In this document: one piece after another, positions 37,861 through 51,657 of the stretch
How positions within the stretch are numbered: the stretch's first letter is position 1
Layout: each line of letters starts with the position of its first letter
Assembly (NCBI GenBank): GCA_965113315.1
Contig: OZ220367.1
Strand: one strand, 5' to 3'
DNA: 64,000 nucleotides
Source: Podarcis vaucheri
Taxonomy: Eukaryota
Notes under the pieces: model-generated
Seen by the model: the letters and a program-made list of their open reading frames with translations, nothing else
The model's database searches: none
What the model was told of the DNA's origin: nothing
Program-made: the position numbers and the translations under genes

Positions 37861-38090
37861 AACAACCAAAAGTGCATTATGTTAGGGGAAACTGCTTGTA
37901 AAATATGCACATTAGTCAAACTGCATACAGAAGTGTGTCTAGTAGCAGAAATTCCCACTAAAATACTGAAGAATTTTCACGGGTATTTTATTTTTTTCAA
38001 TTCACAAATTTCTGCCGATATATAGAGAACTGAATTTAAGAATGGAAAAATGAGAAACAGAAAGAACTGAAATTAGCAGATCCTTCTATT
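37584..38090 (-). mobile_element. TAGGGATG-family DNA element containing a (GT)n(GA)n microsatellite at 37784-37858
   Basis: Collinear similarity to 27185-27598. Confidence 0.65.
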
Positions 38091-41000
38091 TAATTCCAGG
38101 GCATTTTGTAGAAATGTCATTCAGTTCATATGCGGCACTCATTGGATCCTATTGTTTTCCCCATTTTAACGAAACCTAGAATACATCCACCCACCCTGTA
38201 CCTGGGAACATTCCTGGTATTAGTGGGCAAGCTGTTTTTTGGAGACGTTTGCCTGCCCGTACTGAATGTTTCATTGAAGAATCTTTAATAAGCTTCCATG
38301 GAATCCTAGAATTACCAAGTGCATGCTTTGAAAACCATTGCTTTTTGACCTACACCTCCCCATTTCATATTACAAAAGGGCTTTCACAAGCCAGAGAATG
38401 AAGACCAAAATTGTCTTAGAAATTCCTTGGAGAATTACTGGGGCTATAAAGTGCCTTAAATTGCTCCAAACAGCGCTTTTTTAAAATGCTGGTGTGACTG
38501 GAGTAGACTTGCTTAAAAAATATTAAGCTTTGTGATGTTGCATTTGGTGATATTGGCTTTGGCAAAATATATAAAACCACCTGGAGCCACGGGCTAAGGA
38601 CCAAGGGGAGATGATCTGCTATAAATTCCATGGCCTGTCCACTCCGTAGCTTTCCGAAACAACAAGAAAGGAGAGGATCTCACTAATAAATCTCTGCATG
38701 TAGATTGTCTCTGAATGTTGATGGACAAGAAAGGGCTGAGAAAAGAATAGTTAGACGAAAGCCGGAAAGGGTGCAACTTGGCCTCTGATACCTTCCTTGT
38801 AAACTGCTACGCTGCTCCTTTCGACTCTTTAGGCTGGAGACAATAAAAGGCCAGAGCAAAAGTTCAAGCACTAGAGATTCCAAGAAGCATGGAGCTTTCT
38901 CTTCCTCAAATGTTGTTTGTATCAAGTTCTCAAGAATAGAACTCTGGGAACTGCCAAGTCGTGGAACGCGTCTGTTTCTGCCATGCTCAGCACGATGCTT
39001 TGCTCAAGCCAGCAAACCCAAGTAATGTTAAGCAGCTGAAAAGCTCTGGATGTGCAACTGCTCACATCATCTCGCCTCCAAAAGACAGTCTGGAAACTAT
39101 TTGTCATCTCACATCTGTCTAAAGCATGCTGTTATTCCAGAGTACTCCTGCGTTTCTTTGCTATCAAGGTGCTCCTTAGCGCTTATCACCAGGTCACCAT
39201 AAAACTAAATCATCTTTGCAATTGATTTGGAGAAGGAGATGGAGAAAAAGCATTTTCCCCTGTACTGATGATTATGGCAGGCAACAATTCACTTCAAGCA
39301 TAATACGTGCCTTATTAAAGCCACAGTCCTGAAATTATTTCCTCTCAAGTAGTTTCACTCTAATAAAGCTTAGGTAAATGCTCTCCAGTGAGGAGTCTCA
39401 AGGCAAAATCAACATGCCTTTTCATTTTTGTAAAACTGGCCCGCAAAGATGGGTTGGAAAAGGCAGGTTGCAGGAGTCTTGTGGGCAAATTGCCAAGTTA
39501 TCAGTGAGAGGGTGTTGCGGACAGTATGATTTCATTTCCTGGTTAGAAGCTGAAATTGCTAGATTCATCATGCACAAAGACAACGCTCTGCTGTGCAATT
39601 GCCTCTTTTATATCACTTTAGCCTTCTTAAAACTTTCAGCTCCCAGCACTTCTGTGTCTGCATTTTTCTTTCCTGCCTCTCTTATCCTTGAAATGCAAAT
39701 CCTGGCAGCAAAATTATTTTACTCCCAAAAGAAAGTATGCTAAGGGACAGGATGAATCAGTACTGAACCTACTCTATAATTATACAGATGCAGGTTGCAC
39801 CATCACTCATAATTCAAAGTTATAATTTGCCTTCTCCGGCCAAAGCTGCAGCACAATGTGGGCTGCTCATTAATGCAAAACTGAGGGAAAGTATCCATCC
39901 CCTTTCACACATTGTGCTTATGATATTCATTACTGTTTGCAGAAGAACACTGTTGAGTCATAAAAAGCCAAGTCATAGCCATTCCGTATAAAATCAACAC
40001 AAGGAGGAAATTCATGCTCACTAGCCCCGGCCCTGCCTTTCATACGTTTCCCTGGCCTTGCGTATGGACTATGCGCACACATGCTGAACACTTTATGTTC
40101 TGAATGCGGAATCTGTATCCTGCTGTGGGACACACTTTGAGGCTCAGGGGTGGGGTCATGAAGTGCAATCCTGCTTCCTCTTCCGTGTAATGTTTGTATG
40201 CAGAACAGTGTGAAAGGGGCATATTACGTCTGTTAGCGTGTGGAGCAGTTTTCAGCTTAGTCATGCAATGGAGGAAAAAATCACAGGTCACAGTCCAGCA
40301 CAGAGATAAATGCACTTAAACCATTGGTTTTAGTAGCCTGAGCATACCTAACTCTGTGCTAGATTGTGGCCACTGAGTATTATGGCAACATATGAACAGT
40401 TTGGACTAGTAGGCAGTAAAAAGAGAGAAACTTGGCAACTTTTTGTTTTCAGTCAGAAAATAAAATGGGCTGAAACACATAAAAATGCAACATAAAACAA
40501 ATAAGCACCTCAGGGATCACCCCCCCCCCCAGTTTGTCTCCTGGTTTTATCTACATCTGCAAGCCCAAGCATAAATAATGCAATCTCCCAAAGATACTAA
40601 CTTTTAGATATAAATTATATGAAGCTGCCTTGTACTGAGACAGGCCATCTGTCACAGGGCTGCCTAATCTGATTGGCAGTGACTATTCAAGACCTCAGTC
40701 ACAAATCTCTTCCACCCTAGCTGACATTATTTAACTGAAAGTGACAGGGGTTAGGCCTGGCAACCTCCACCAGCGCATGCCTCTCTCTCTCTTGTAGTCA
40801 ACTAACAAGACATCCCATTCTGTTTTCACTAAAGTGGACAGTAGTTTTGTGGCAAGACCTCCCTGAGAAATTCTGCTAGTCTTATCAACAAACTTTCTAC
40901 ACCTCTCTGAATTTCACAGATGTTTTGCCTGAGAAGAAACCCAAGAAAACCTCTTAGAATTTTACCATAAATAAAATCTTGAAGCACCACCAATTCATTT

Positions 41001-42109
41001 CTTACAGTGTTGAATGCTGCTAATATGGTTCACCTTGGGTTGGTGAAGAAGAGCCCTCTCTGGGTCCTTTTTAAAGCATTCAGGTGAAGCAATACCTATT
41101 GTTTAGTATATGCACATAAAAATCTGAGGCAAAATAGCAACACATGCCTCCTGCCAAGTCAAGGTATAGCAAACCTAAGGGTGTTCAAGTTGTTTTGGCA
41201 CCCGAGGCAGAAAAATCCCACAAGCACCTTTCTTGGGGAATAAAAATGCAACAGGAATAAATTTTGCTATTTCATAGAACCTATAAAATCAGGTGCTTGA
41301 GGTAACCAATTCACTCCGCCTAGTAATAGGGCTAGCCCTGCTAAAAGCTCTGCAGCAATAATCAAACAAACAATATTTTGACAAAATTCTTTTGTCCACC
41401 TGCAGAAAGTAGGTGGCCATGGTCCTTTCTTTTGGAGACACTTGTCAGCAGACCTTCAGTCGTGAAGTCAGATGTAGCAAACAGCCTAAGCTAGTAAGTC
41501 CTCTGTAGTAGATCAGAAACTTCTGCTGTGAATTTTCTGTTTTACAATTAAAAAAAGTTTTCTGTTCTTCTGCTGTGAAAGTTCCTTACTTCCTTCAGCT
41601 ACACTCTCGGTGAAGAGTCTTGCTCCTTGCAAAGTTTTTCTTTTGGGGGGTGGGGGAATACCACCACAAATTTTCTGGGAAACGACGTCAAATTTCTTTC
41701 TATCACATTGCACCAGAAATCAGTGACCAGCTGGTATTATCTGAGGGCAATACTATTTTTATTTTTTTGCTAAAAAACAAGGGTGTGTAATATGCTTTCT
41801 GTTACTGGCTTTTCCCTTTAGACCAGAAAATATTTCCTTTACTTTTAAACACAGGAGGGAAAACCACTGGTACGGCCAGTTTGAGCTTTTGTGCTGAGAC
41901 TGATGTACTTTATAACCAATATATATAGTCTGTAATTTCAATATAAAAACAAATCTGGCCAGGGATGTAAACCACATCATGTAGAGTTACAGGCCCTTTG
42001 AGCTGACTAGTGGCATTTTCCCACTCCCTGTATTTTTTGGGCAACTCATCCATACCCTTTAAAAATGAAAGTAAAGAAAAAAAGAAAAAAAACAGAGAAG
42101 GCAACTTAC

Positions 42110-42160
42110 TGGTGGGCCACGGGGACCGATGATGGATATGCCGGCTTCTCCTGGGGCTCC
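42110..42160 (-). CDS. COL13A1: COL13A1 exon, 51 nt, GAPGEAGISIIGPRGPP
   Basis: ttgcag|...|gtaagt; contains the conserved SII helix interruption. Confidence 0.95.
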
Positions 42161-42637
42161 CTGCAAGGGATGGGAGGAGGAGGAGAGGGAGAACATGGAC
42201 GTGAAAATCAAAAACAAAACAAGACTGGGAAATGGCTTAGAGTTGGCTGTTGAAGAAAAAGAAGGAAGGGAAGTATTTGAGAGTGGGGGGGGGGAATACA
42301 CGAATGTAAGTGACAAAGCCAAAGCGAATATTTAAAGTTAAAGATTCAAATGAACAACAACTGAGGGCTGAAAGGAAAGCGTGGCCAAGGAAATAACGAG
42401 GAGGAAAAAGGAAAGTTTACAAAGGAGATTAAAAGAAACAATACATCTGCACAGTTAAAACAGCAGGTCCCTTGGCCTTTTCCAAACAAGACGGCGAGCC
42501 ATTTTGAACCTATTCTGAAATCAGATCAAAGCATCATTCACGGCTCCTTGAAGATGGAAAGTGTAATCTCACTTTGTAGAGATTCTGACTCTACTCTCTT
42601 GTGCCAGAGTTGTCTCACCTCTAGTTATCATTATCTT

Positions 42638-42922
42638 TATCCCCGCGACGGGGTGAGCTCCCGTTGCTCAGTCCCTGCTCCTGCCAACCTAGCAGTTCGA
42701 AAGCACGTCAAAGTGCAAGTAGATAAATAGGTACCGCTCCAGCGGGAAGGTAAACGACGTTTCCGTGCGCTGCTCTGGTTCGCCAGAAGCGGCTTAGTCA
42801 TGGTGGCCACATGACCCGGAAGCTGTACGCCGGCTCCCTCGGCCAATAAAGCGAGACAAGCACCGCAACCCCAGAATCGGTCACGACTAGACCTAATGGT
42901 CAGGGGTCCCTTTACCTTTTAC
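42638..42922 (+). mobile_element. 5'-truncated Sauria SINE
   Basis: gacggggtgagctcccgttgctc...agttcgaaagcac...ggtccctttaccttttac. Confidence 0.9.
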
Positions 42923-42924
42923 AC

Positions 42925-43089
42925 TTCTATGTACACCTAACTTGGCTAGAGAACTGCACCACAAAATTTGGAGAAGTGTTAATTTTGAAGGATGGATGCG
43001 TTTAGGTTCTCAAGTTGTTTCAGGAAGTGTGAATTAAGTAGGCTTGCCTTCAAATGCAAACTGAAACAAATTTCCACCCTTCATCCCTA
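42925..43089 (+). mobile_element. Terminal fragment of the TAGGGATG-family element
   Basis: Ends ...aaatgcaaactgaa...catcccta, reverse complement of the 27185 terminus. Confidence 0.55.
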
Positions 43090-45692
43090 GTGGCCACTAA
43101 CTGCTATTTTCCAACATTTTGGGTAGAGGAGGTGCTACTTATGTTTACCTTCCTTAACTATTTGAGGTTGCCATGGGTTTTTCAGGGGTTATTTCTTGCT
43201 TCAACTTTTTTTTAAAAAAAAACCTCGCACTGCACACAATGGGACAAGGCTCTCTCCCCAGCTTCATACCATCCACATACTTCCTGGAACACCATGGGAG
43301 CATCATGCCACTGTGTGGAGCACCAACCTTATTTGTGAAGTGAGAGCTACCCCCACAAAAATCCCTTTAGCCACCTTGTAAGGTCAAGACAGGTAAGCAG
43401 TAGCCCCACCTCAAAATGTTGAGAGAATTCCTTTCTCATCCCATATTCTTTCAGAATGGCTTCATATTGTCTTTATTTCCCTCAGTGAAGGTCAAAAATA
43501 AGCTGATTGGGTTTTTTGTTTTTGGCAAAGTTCTACGAAGCGCTGTTCTAAATATTTGGAATATGATTCACAACTGTCTATGTCACTGGGGATGGAAAAT
43601 CAGTTTGGTTTTTGTGTAAGTGGGAGACCTAGATAGTAACTAAATTTCTGGAGACAAGGATGCTGTTGAAGATTCCACAGCACTGATGGTGCTATGAATC
43701 TGGGATTGATTGTACGTTTATTCCAGTGCCCCTGGAATGTCTGCTTGGTTTACAAATGTACAATTTGTAAATGAATAGATAACCATTACAAAAGCACTAT
43801 AAATCTCCAGTTCGTTCCCCTCTAAACCTCACTGTCCTCAACACCTTAAAGGCTCAGGGGAATGTGAATTGCATTTTTGCTGCTTATTAATAACAGGGAA
43901 TGAACAAATGATGTGGGTTTTGAAGTGACTGTAGTGCAAAGAACCTATGTACCCATGAGTAAAGGGTCTCTGCAATCACATAGGATGGACAGGATGTGCA
44001 GCCCATATAGAGTTCCCACATCTTAATTTGGCAAATTATGGACAGACAGCCATTCACTGCACTAGTGGACAAGAGGAATAGGACATAAGAAGAGCTGAAT
44101 ACTTGGACAGATAAAAAGGGACAAGTGTCACACCAGCAGCTTGGAGTGGTGGGTTCCCTCTAATAATAAGCTCAGGGGATGGAGTGCCAAGAGGATTATA
44201 GCCAAAACAGGACTTCTGAGAAACAAGAGAGCCTGCTTGGATGAATCCTGAGGTATGCAAAAGTATGAAACATTTTTAAAAGCTCTATGGGGACAAAAAC
44301 AACGGCCCAATGGGGACAGAGCGTGCTCAGTGGCATCCAGGAGTCACAAAATGTTGAGTCCAGTTGGAAAAGGAAAATGGAAAATGGAGAGTGGGAGGGG
44401 AGGGGAGGAGAGGAGAGGAGAGGACAAAGAACTGGCCTGCTTGAGTCCCTGACAACTTCCAATATGCTAGAGGAGGGCTGGAGTGCTGGAAAGAACCCTA
44501 AGCAGCATTACTTCTGTTAGCAGGTGAGGGTACACCACAGCGTTATGCTTCAGGTTTCACTTGTTTTACCTAAACATGTCCAAATATTTAATGTCAAACC
44601 TAATGAAGGTTTTTATACTAATTGTCTTGGATGACCTAAAGGAAACCAAGGCCTATGTCTGCAAGCTGCTTTGCTCTTCTGCTCCAGAATATATCATGCA
44701 GTATCTTTTCTTCTTCATGTCAGGTTGACAGGATTTTTAAACAGTCAATTTTTTTGTGGTACTTCCTTGGGAAGGACAGAGAATCTGCAGCAAACATCCT
44801 CCCCCCTTTTTTCTTCTTCTGAGGTGCTGCAACATCTGAAACGATAGTGCTGCTGACTGGCACACACACAACATACATTTGGCGTTTGAAAAAGCCCTAG
44901 TTCTGTCTGGGGCAAAGCGAATAAAAATATGATATTTCCACTGCAATCTGTTCTGGGCTACCACTTACCTCTGCCCAAACATAAAAAGAACTGATGTAAT
45001 GCTTTTCTGGATAGGAGCAAACGAAAACAGCACCACAGATTAAAGTAAACGTTTGAGGGTCCCCTCGCACCTGCTTTCCTCAATTATTTTTTATGAGGCT
45101 TTCCCTTTAGATAATAGAAGGCTGCAATCAGGAAATGGTGGACCTGGCCCAACACAACGCATCTGGCCGCTAGGACACAGCTGGTGCAGTTAACCACATT
45201 TCCACGTGTATCTTTCCTGAACGCACCAATCACAGCTGTCAGCAACAAAACAGAAAATGGTTCCAGAAAATACCAGAAAGATCCAGCTGCAAATGTTGAG
45301 CTTGCCTAGCCAGCCTTCACAATGTTAGTATAAATTATAGTAAACAATTTTTTCCCCTGCTGTCTTGGAACATGTGTGGGCTCTTTCCACAGAGTGCCAG
45401 GGGGGAAAAACCCGCCCTGCTATTTCTTATTTGCATATATTAATTTCTGTAAAGTTTGTACTTCTAAACCGGGCCTTTTGGCTCACATAGAGGATGGGAT
45501 TTCTTCCTTTCTTCTAGTCCAGGAAGTGCAGGGGTGGGAGTTAGAGAGGGATAACTTGGACTAATTTCCAACCAACCACATGGCAAACTTGTTGTCAGGG
45601 CAAAATACCTTGGTTAAGGAGGTGTTTCCAGGGGACATAGGATTTTTTAAGGACACAGTAATGAAGTGATGAGCTGGAAAGAGCTGACTCAC

Positions 45693-45719
45693 CTTCTCTC
45701 CAGGTTGCCCCTTTAGTCC
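45693..45719 (-). CDS. COL13A1: COL13A1 exon, 27 nt, GLKGQPGEK (likely alternative)
   Basis: ggcccag|GGA CTA AAG GGG CAA CCT GGA GAG AAG|gtgagt; pyrimidine tract displaced upstream. Confidence 0.88.
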
Positions 45720-46919
45720 CTGGGCCACCATTTACACCAGTCGCAGCCACATGCAAGAGGGTGAAGGAAGAGAGAAAGAGAGACACAAACACAGGAGTCA
45801 GTGTTAAGGCACACTAAGCCCCCAAACAACATAGATGCACACACAGAAGCACACACACAAAAAACCCCATGTGACAAACATTGAAACATGCTCACGCACA
45901 AGCACAGTGGATGGCAACCTTTGCTTCAGACTCCCTCCCATTTAAAGCACTTTTAAGAATCCCCGTCTCTGGATACGGGAGTGCATCATATGGTGAAAAA
46001 CTGTTCCTGAAACGTACCATAAGGGTTCGCATGAAAGAATGTATATATTTCTCTTTTTTTAAATCTACATACGTAGAAAACTAGTATGCCTGGGAGATGT
46101 GCTCCAGCTTGGTCTTATCAATAAGATGCTACTTTTTATGCTTAGGAATTTTATATGTGTGGGACAGAGGGCACATTCAGTCATGCAATTGCTCATCGGC
46201 AGTCTGAAGTGGTACGGAACAGGGATTGTTTTGCATCATGATTAACTCTTTGTCCAAAGACCCTAAAGAAGCCTAGGAAGGTGGCAGGAGCTGCTGCAGC
46301 TGAAGCTAGGAACCCAGCTTAAGTTCAAGAATGGCAGAACAAATGGTATGTGTTAGCAGTAAGCTCATAGAGTTAGCTAGGCTGGGCTAGATTTAAGCTC
46401 AAAAGTCAGCAATGGGGAAGGAGCAAGAGATTTGGCAAGGTTCCTTAGACCCACCGCAATCAAGAAAGATTTACTGTTTGGAAGATCAGTTCTGATGGCC
46501 TCACTTAATGCAAGTTCACCCCACCCCAGCCAATGCCACAATAACAAAAAGCATCCATTTGGCAAGGTAATTTGTTGTTACCACCCAACAGACCACTGAA
46601 GCATGAGCATTTCACCAATTATAAACAAAATATTAACCTGAATACTAGAGCTGAACTGCTGACTACTCTTCAGTTGATGGTATGTTAAAAAGAACCTGAA
46701 TGCCAACACCATCCTCAACAGATTTTCCTTGATATTCCCAAGGATATATGTATTTGTTTTGCAGACTTAGAAGTCAACTCATAGCCAAAAGCTGCTGAAG
46801 TGGTGTACAATAAGATAAAATAAAATAAAATCCAGAAGACACAGACTTCATAAACTGAAAACAAGAAAACCACTTCTACAATGCTGTACTTAACATTCCA
46901 TAAAAGACACTGCAGCCTT

Positions 46920-47280
46920 CATGGATTTATCCTATTGTCAATTTCCCCTAACATTCTATTTAAATTCACTGTCCTCCAATTTAAACTTGTTGTTTCTTGC
47001 ATTTCTTGTGAAGAATGTGGAAATTCTCACTTGGTTTGACATCTTCTTTCTAATAACGACTTTCAGATATTTGAAATTTGTCAATGCATCTCTCTAATGG
47101 AGGCTAAACATGCACAGGTCTCTCAGTCTGTCTTCATATGACTTGATCTTCTAGACCTTTTGTAATTCATGAGCTATTCTGTAAATTTTCTCCCATTTCT
47201 CAAGACTTATAAAAACAACAACTGATACCCAGAACTAAACAATACTTCCAATATTGTGCAGCTTTAGCCACCATGAAATA
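46920..47280 (-). mobile_element. Old CR1 LINE fragment
   Basis: ttcagatatttgaa...aggctaaacatgc...ttcatatgact...cccagaactaaacaatac resembles reverse-strand CR1 ORF2 3' region. Confidence 0.55.
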
Positions 47281-48720
47281 TAGCTGCATGCAAGATTATA
47301 TGACCAACACCCACTAGAAATTTTCACCTATCAACACTCTTTCCAGAAGTGTTGTGCTGTGTTTCCTCAAAAATACAATCAAGTCTTGTATAACTACTTG
47401 GATGTCAGATCTCCCATCATTTGGGGCAACATCACAGGTGATAGAGTGAAGTTTTTGATCATTCTGTTTATGTTTGCTAATTAACTTGCTGATTTGAGAA
47501 GCTCCTGGTCTTGGTGGCCTTTGTAGAGTACATTTTCAAATGCTCGGGTCTTTATCATTTGGTTATTTACTTGAAATGTTCATGTTTTGACTTCTAATTG
47601 GCATGCATTTGGTGTATTACAACATAGATCATTTGGAATCAACCTATGAGGCAGACCATAGGCAGAAGCTTGAGTGTATCTTGACTGAACCAGGAATGAG
47701 GGTGCCAATTGTTGCATTTATTTTATGCCTTTTTTTGTACATTGGAAAAAGTTTCATTGTTTTTCTCCTTAACTAGGGGGAAGCTCATTCTGTCAATATT
47801 TGAGATTCAAGTTTGAGGTATGTCAAACAAAAACATTTTCTCATAACTACAACACACCCAGGTGCATGGAATAATGCCTTTGGGATTATTAGTTTTTATG
47901 CATGTTACTGGAAATGCACACAGACTGACATGCACTTGTATGCATTATAGAGGACAACACTTCTTTGGTCAGTGAGTGTCGGAATATATTCTTGCAGTGT
48001 TATTTCTTAACTACAGGAAAGCAGCAGAGTGTACTCCCCCAATCTTTAAATTACAGGTTTCAGACACTTCTTTGGGAGATGATGTGACAAGAGAACATTT
48101 AGCAGTGGTTAGCATTAAATTGAAACATGTTCCACCTTTATGGTGTTGACATTGCTATGTGGTCCCAAGCGAACAATGCTCATCCTTAGGCCAAAAATGT
48201 ATAACTGTTTAATCTTTGCAGTTATTTACACCCTTTTCCAACTCTGGGAAAGCTGTAAGAAAGTAATCTGTTTTAGAAGCAATCCTTCCCTGCCACACAC
48301 ACCCATTACTCCTGTTTCAGCTGAAAACCTGGTGCTATAGGGCCTATGGTATAGGCAATCCTCCAAACAGATCAGTTTCTTTTTCATATCCCACCATTAA
48401 TTTATGCTCAGTGAGTTTCCATGTAAGTTCTCTTCCTCAATTAATTAAAGATCCCTGCAGTTTTATGCAACAGAAGCATCTAGTCATCGATATTTCCTCT
48501 GCCTCTTGCTATGAAGCTCTCAGCAATCAAATCAGTTATTTATTTTTTTAATAGTAGCTGCTTCATGCTTTGCCTTTTGCACAGCCAAACTAGAAATGGA
48601 ACCAGAGTCATTATTACCCTGAGATAATGAATATATCACGCCTCCCCCACAAAGGGGCCATGGATAGCAAAGGGTTTAGAAGCAGGTGTGTCAGGTAATT
48701 GCAAGAGGTTTAAGACTCAC

Positions 48721-48756
48721 CGGTAGTCCACGGATCCCCATGGCGCCTTTGTCTCC
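48721..48756 (-). CDS. COL13A1: COL13A1 exon, 36 nt, GDKGAMGIRGLP (likely alternative)
   Basis: ttgttag|GGA...CCG|gtgagt; weak pyrimidine tract; resembles human GDKGAIGMPGRV as recalled. Confidence 0.9.
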
Positions 48757-49169
48757 CTAACAATTAATGCAAAATCAGAGGGCAGTTGGAAACTGGCCAT
48801 ATGTGGTGCTATAAAGTGACACAAATGAGCTTTTACTTGGCGTTTCAAGCAGCTGCATTGGTTAATTTAAAATTTATGTAATTGGCTTAGATGTTTGTGT
48901 GTTAGGTTGAAAATACAGAAGTTTGCGTAATTTATGGAATCTGAAGTTGAAACTAGGTGGTTGGAGCATCTTCAATGCAACGGTATAAATCTGCTTGCAT
49001 GGTCTTGTGTGCGTATAGGTGTATGTGTAAATATTTTTTAAATATGTCTATAAGTACGTAAGTATAGCTGTGCAGAAAACTGATAAAGAAACATACATGG
49101 TGTCATTATATAGAAACATTTTATAGTTTCACAAATTTGCAATATTGCATAACACATCGAAGTTGTTGA

Positions 49170-49278
49170 GAACATAAGAACAAAACATAAGAAGAGCCTG
49201 CTGCTGGATCAGGCCAAAGCCCCAACTAGTCCAGCATCCTGTTATCACAGTGGCTAACTAGATGCCTATGGGAAACCA
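49170..49278 (-). mobile_element. CR1 3' end
   Basis: (agaacata)n tail followed by agaagagcctgctg...ggatcaggccaa...tagtccagcatcctgtt. Confidence 0.75.
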
Positions 49279-49787
49279 AGGAAAGAAGAAAACGAGCCCT
49301 CTCGTAGTCTAATGACATATTCTGTTTATCAGTATATTTCCTAGTCCATTAGTATAATAAGTGGTAGCCCACTGGTTCTTAAATTGTGTTTTATTTTGGA
49401 TCCCTTGCTTGTTTGTTGTGAATCATTATTATGTCACCATGTGGGGAAGGTATTTGAAAGGCTTATGATTATTAATCACCTGCTGTTCTTTTCTTCCATT
49501 GCTATTTGTGTGATGGAGAATCACACATTAGCATATAAAAAAAAAACTTGCACTGTCAAAGAAACAAGCAGCTTCTCTGTGGCTTGCCTCTTCAGCCTGA
49601 GGTAGAACTACTAACAGGAATCTATAGCTCTTTAGCATTTTCCTTTTTTATTAGCAGTGTGGCATCAACATGCCCCTGAAAAATGCACCAGAAGCCCTTG
49701 AATCACAGCTAAAGAACCCTTGTATCAGTTAATTTGAGAAAATCAGTTCTACACTTTTTCAAAATGTTGTTCAAGATATTATTAAGG

Positions 49788-49951
49788 CAAAGGATGATTT
49801 AGGGGAGTATGACCAGTTTGGTCACACTGGGTGTGGAGCCTCAGGGATGCCACGACTATGATTTACAATGGAGCGCAAGAAGGGAAGGGGTGCCAAATTT
49901 TGGTGTCACACAGGGTGCTGCTGAAATTTGAGATCCCAAGGCCTGCCACTG
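49788..49951. mobile_element. Non-autonomous DNA element with apparent 7-bp TSD
   Basis: caaaggatgatttagggg ... cctgccactg; flanks attaagg / actaagg. Confidence 0.55.
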
Positions 49952-51460
49952 ACTAAGGGGCATAGAAATTACTTGCTTTAAAGGTGCATGTTGTAAGCTG
50001 GAAAAAAGTTGAATTTTCAGATCTTCCTGGCTGCAGTCCTAACTATGGCTACTAAGAAATCACTGGGGCTTACTCTCAACTAAGAAGGGGCAGGATTGCA
50101 ACCTCATAGTGGATGCATGTCTACTTAGAATTAAGTCCCACTAAGTTCATTTGAAATTACTCCTAGGTAAGGATGTATACGAGAGTCACGACGTATATTC
50201 TAGCATTTATGAGTCTTATGTCTGGTAATGGACTCTCTATTTTGAACAATGTGCACTGCATCATGCCCTGCCCTCTCTGTGCAAAAACATTCATATATAT
50301 CTTTGCAACCCTAAAGGCTAGCAACATGCTTTTAGACAATGAAATAAAGCTGATCTTATCAAGAAGTTGAATTCTGAACCTAATATTGTCTTCCAGATTC
50401 CTGTTGTCCAGATTCCAGATTCACACCACACACACATCCCTGCCTATGATGTTCAGAATAAATTACTGATGCTTAAGAGAGCAGGATGCCTATCATGTAA
50501 TGCCAAGAAACACACTCACTCATGAGTAATGTTTATACCCCTCACAGTGCATTGGCACAACCTTCATAGCTTAATAAGTCAGCATGGTTTGCCTGGCTGT
50601 CTGCCTACCATGTGTTTCTAAGGTTTTCATCACCAAAGCAGCCAACACACTATACAACCACATGAAAAACAAGGGCCTATCTTGATGTTCTCCCCTAAGA
50701 TTCCACAAAGTTTGTTCCACAAAGGTCCCTTATTTTTATTTCTTTGCATTTGAAAGTCACACTTGAGGGATATTTTATCCAAAGGTGTCCTGTCTAAGAT
50801 CTGAACTACCTTCAAGTCTGACCCTTGTATGGTCTTTCTAGAGAAGAACTTTCCAAACTGATTTCTGAAACTGAACACATTTTACTCCCGAATTTCAGAA
50901 AATTAATCCTAAAGCTCCCTAATTATCAAAGCTGAACCTTTTGGACAGGTAGATCCCATAGCACATGGGTTATTTCAAATTGAAATCAAGAAATAAAAAG
51001 TAGGAGAGCTTCTTACTTGACATTTTGAATTGAGGTATAGATACCTGAGTACAAAGCATGCACACACTACTAATTTGTACATGCCTTGATAAACAGCTCA
51101 GCTTTCCCAGATGTTTTTCCATTATCATGTCCATGTATATAACAAGGTTTTTGTTTTTTAATGTACGAAGGCATGCTTTGCAATTGATGGATGCCCAGTC
51201 ATATATCTTGAGCTCAGATATTTATACACACTGACAAAACAGCAAGCAAGAACAGAACTAAATGTTATGCTTTTCAGACTGAGCTGCCAACAAAAATGAT
51301 ACACCGGCTTCAAGTTCTCCCACTCGTCCCTGTTATGTTTAGGCATATTGAACAGAATCAAGACATCATCATGTTATACATTTCCCCAGCCCTTGACTGT
51401 GGTGTAGGCTGTGTTGTTGGCAGGCCAGGGTAGATGACTATCATGGGTGTCTTTGTACAT

Positions 51461-51657
51461 TAATAATAATAATAATTTTATTATATATACCCCACCCATC
51501 TGGCTGGGTTTCCTCAGTCACTCTGGGAAGCTTACAGCACATAGAAAAACATAATAAAACATCAAACATTAAAAACTTCCTGATACAGGGCTACTTTCAG
51601 ATGTCCTCTAAAATTTGTATAGTTCTTTTACTCCTTGACATCTGATGGGATGGCGTT
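51461..51657 (-). mobile_element. L2 LINE 3' end
   Basis: (taa)n tail, ataccccacccatctggctgggttt...actctggg...cttacagc stem-loop. Confidence 0.7.

Noticed and set aside
44963-44993. Pyrimidine tract-cag-AG-gtaagt, resembling a recursive splice site or 2-nt exon
   Set aside because: It is not YAG|GT, the host intron is short (3.5 kb), and a 2-nt exon would frameshift. Probably chance.
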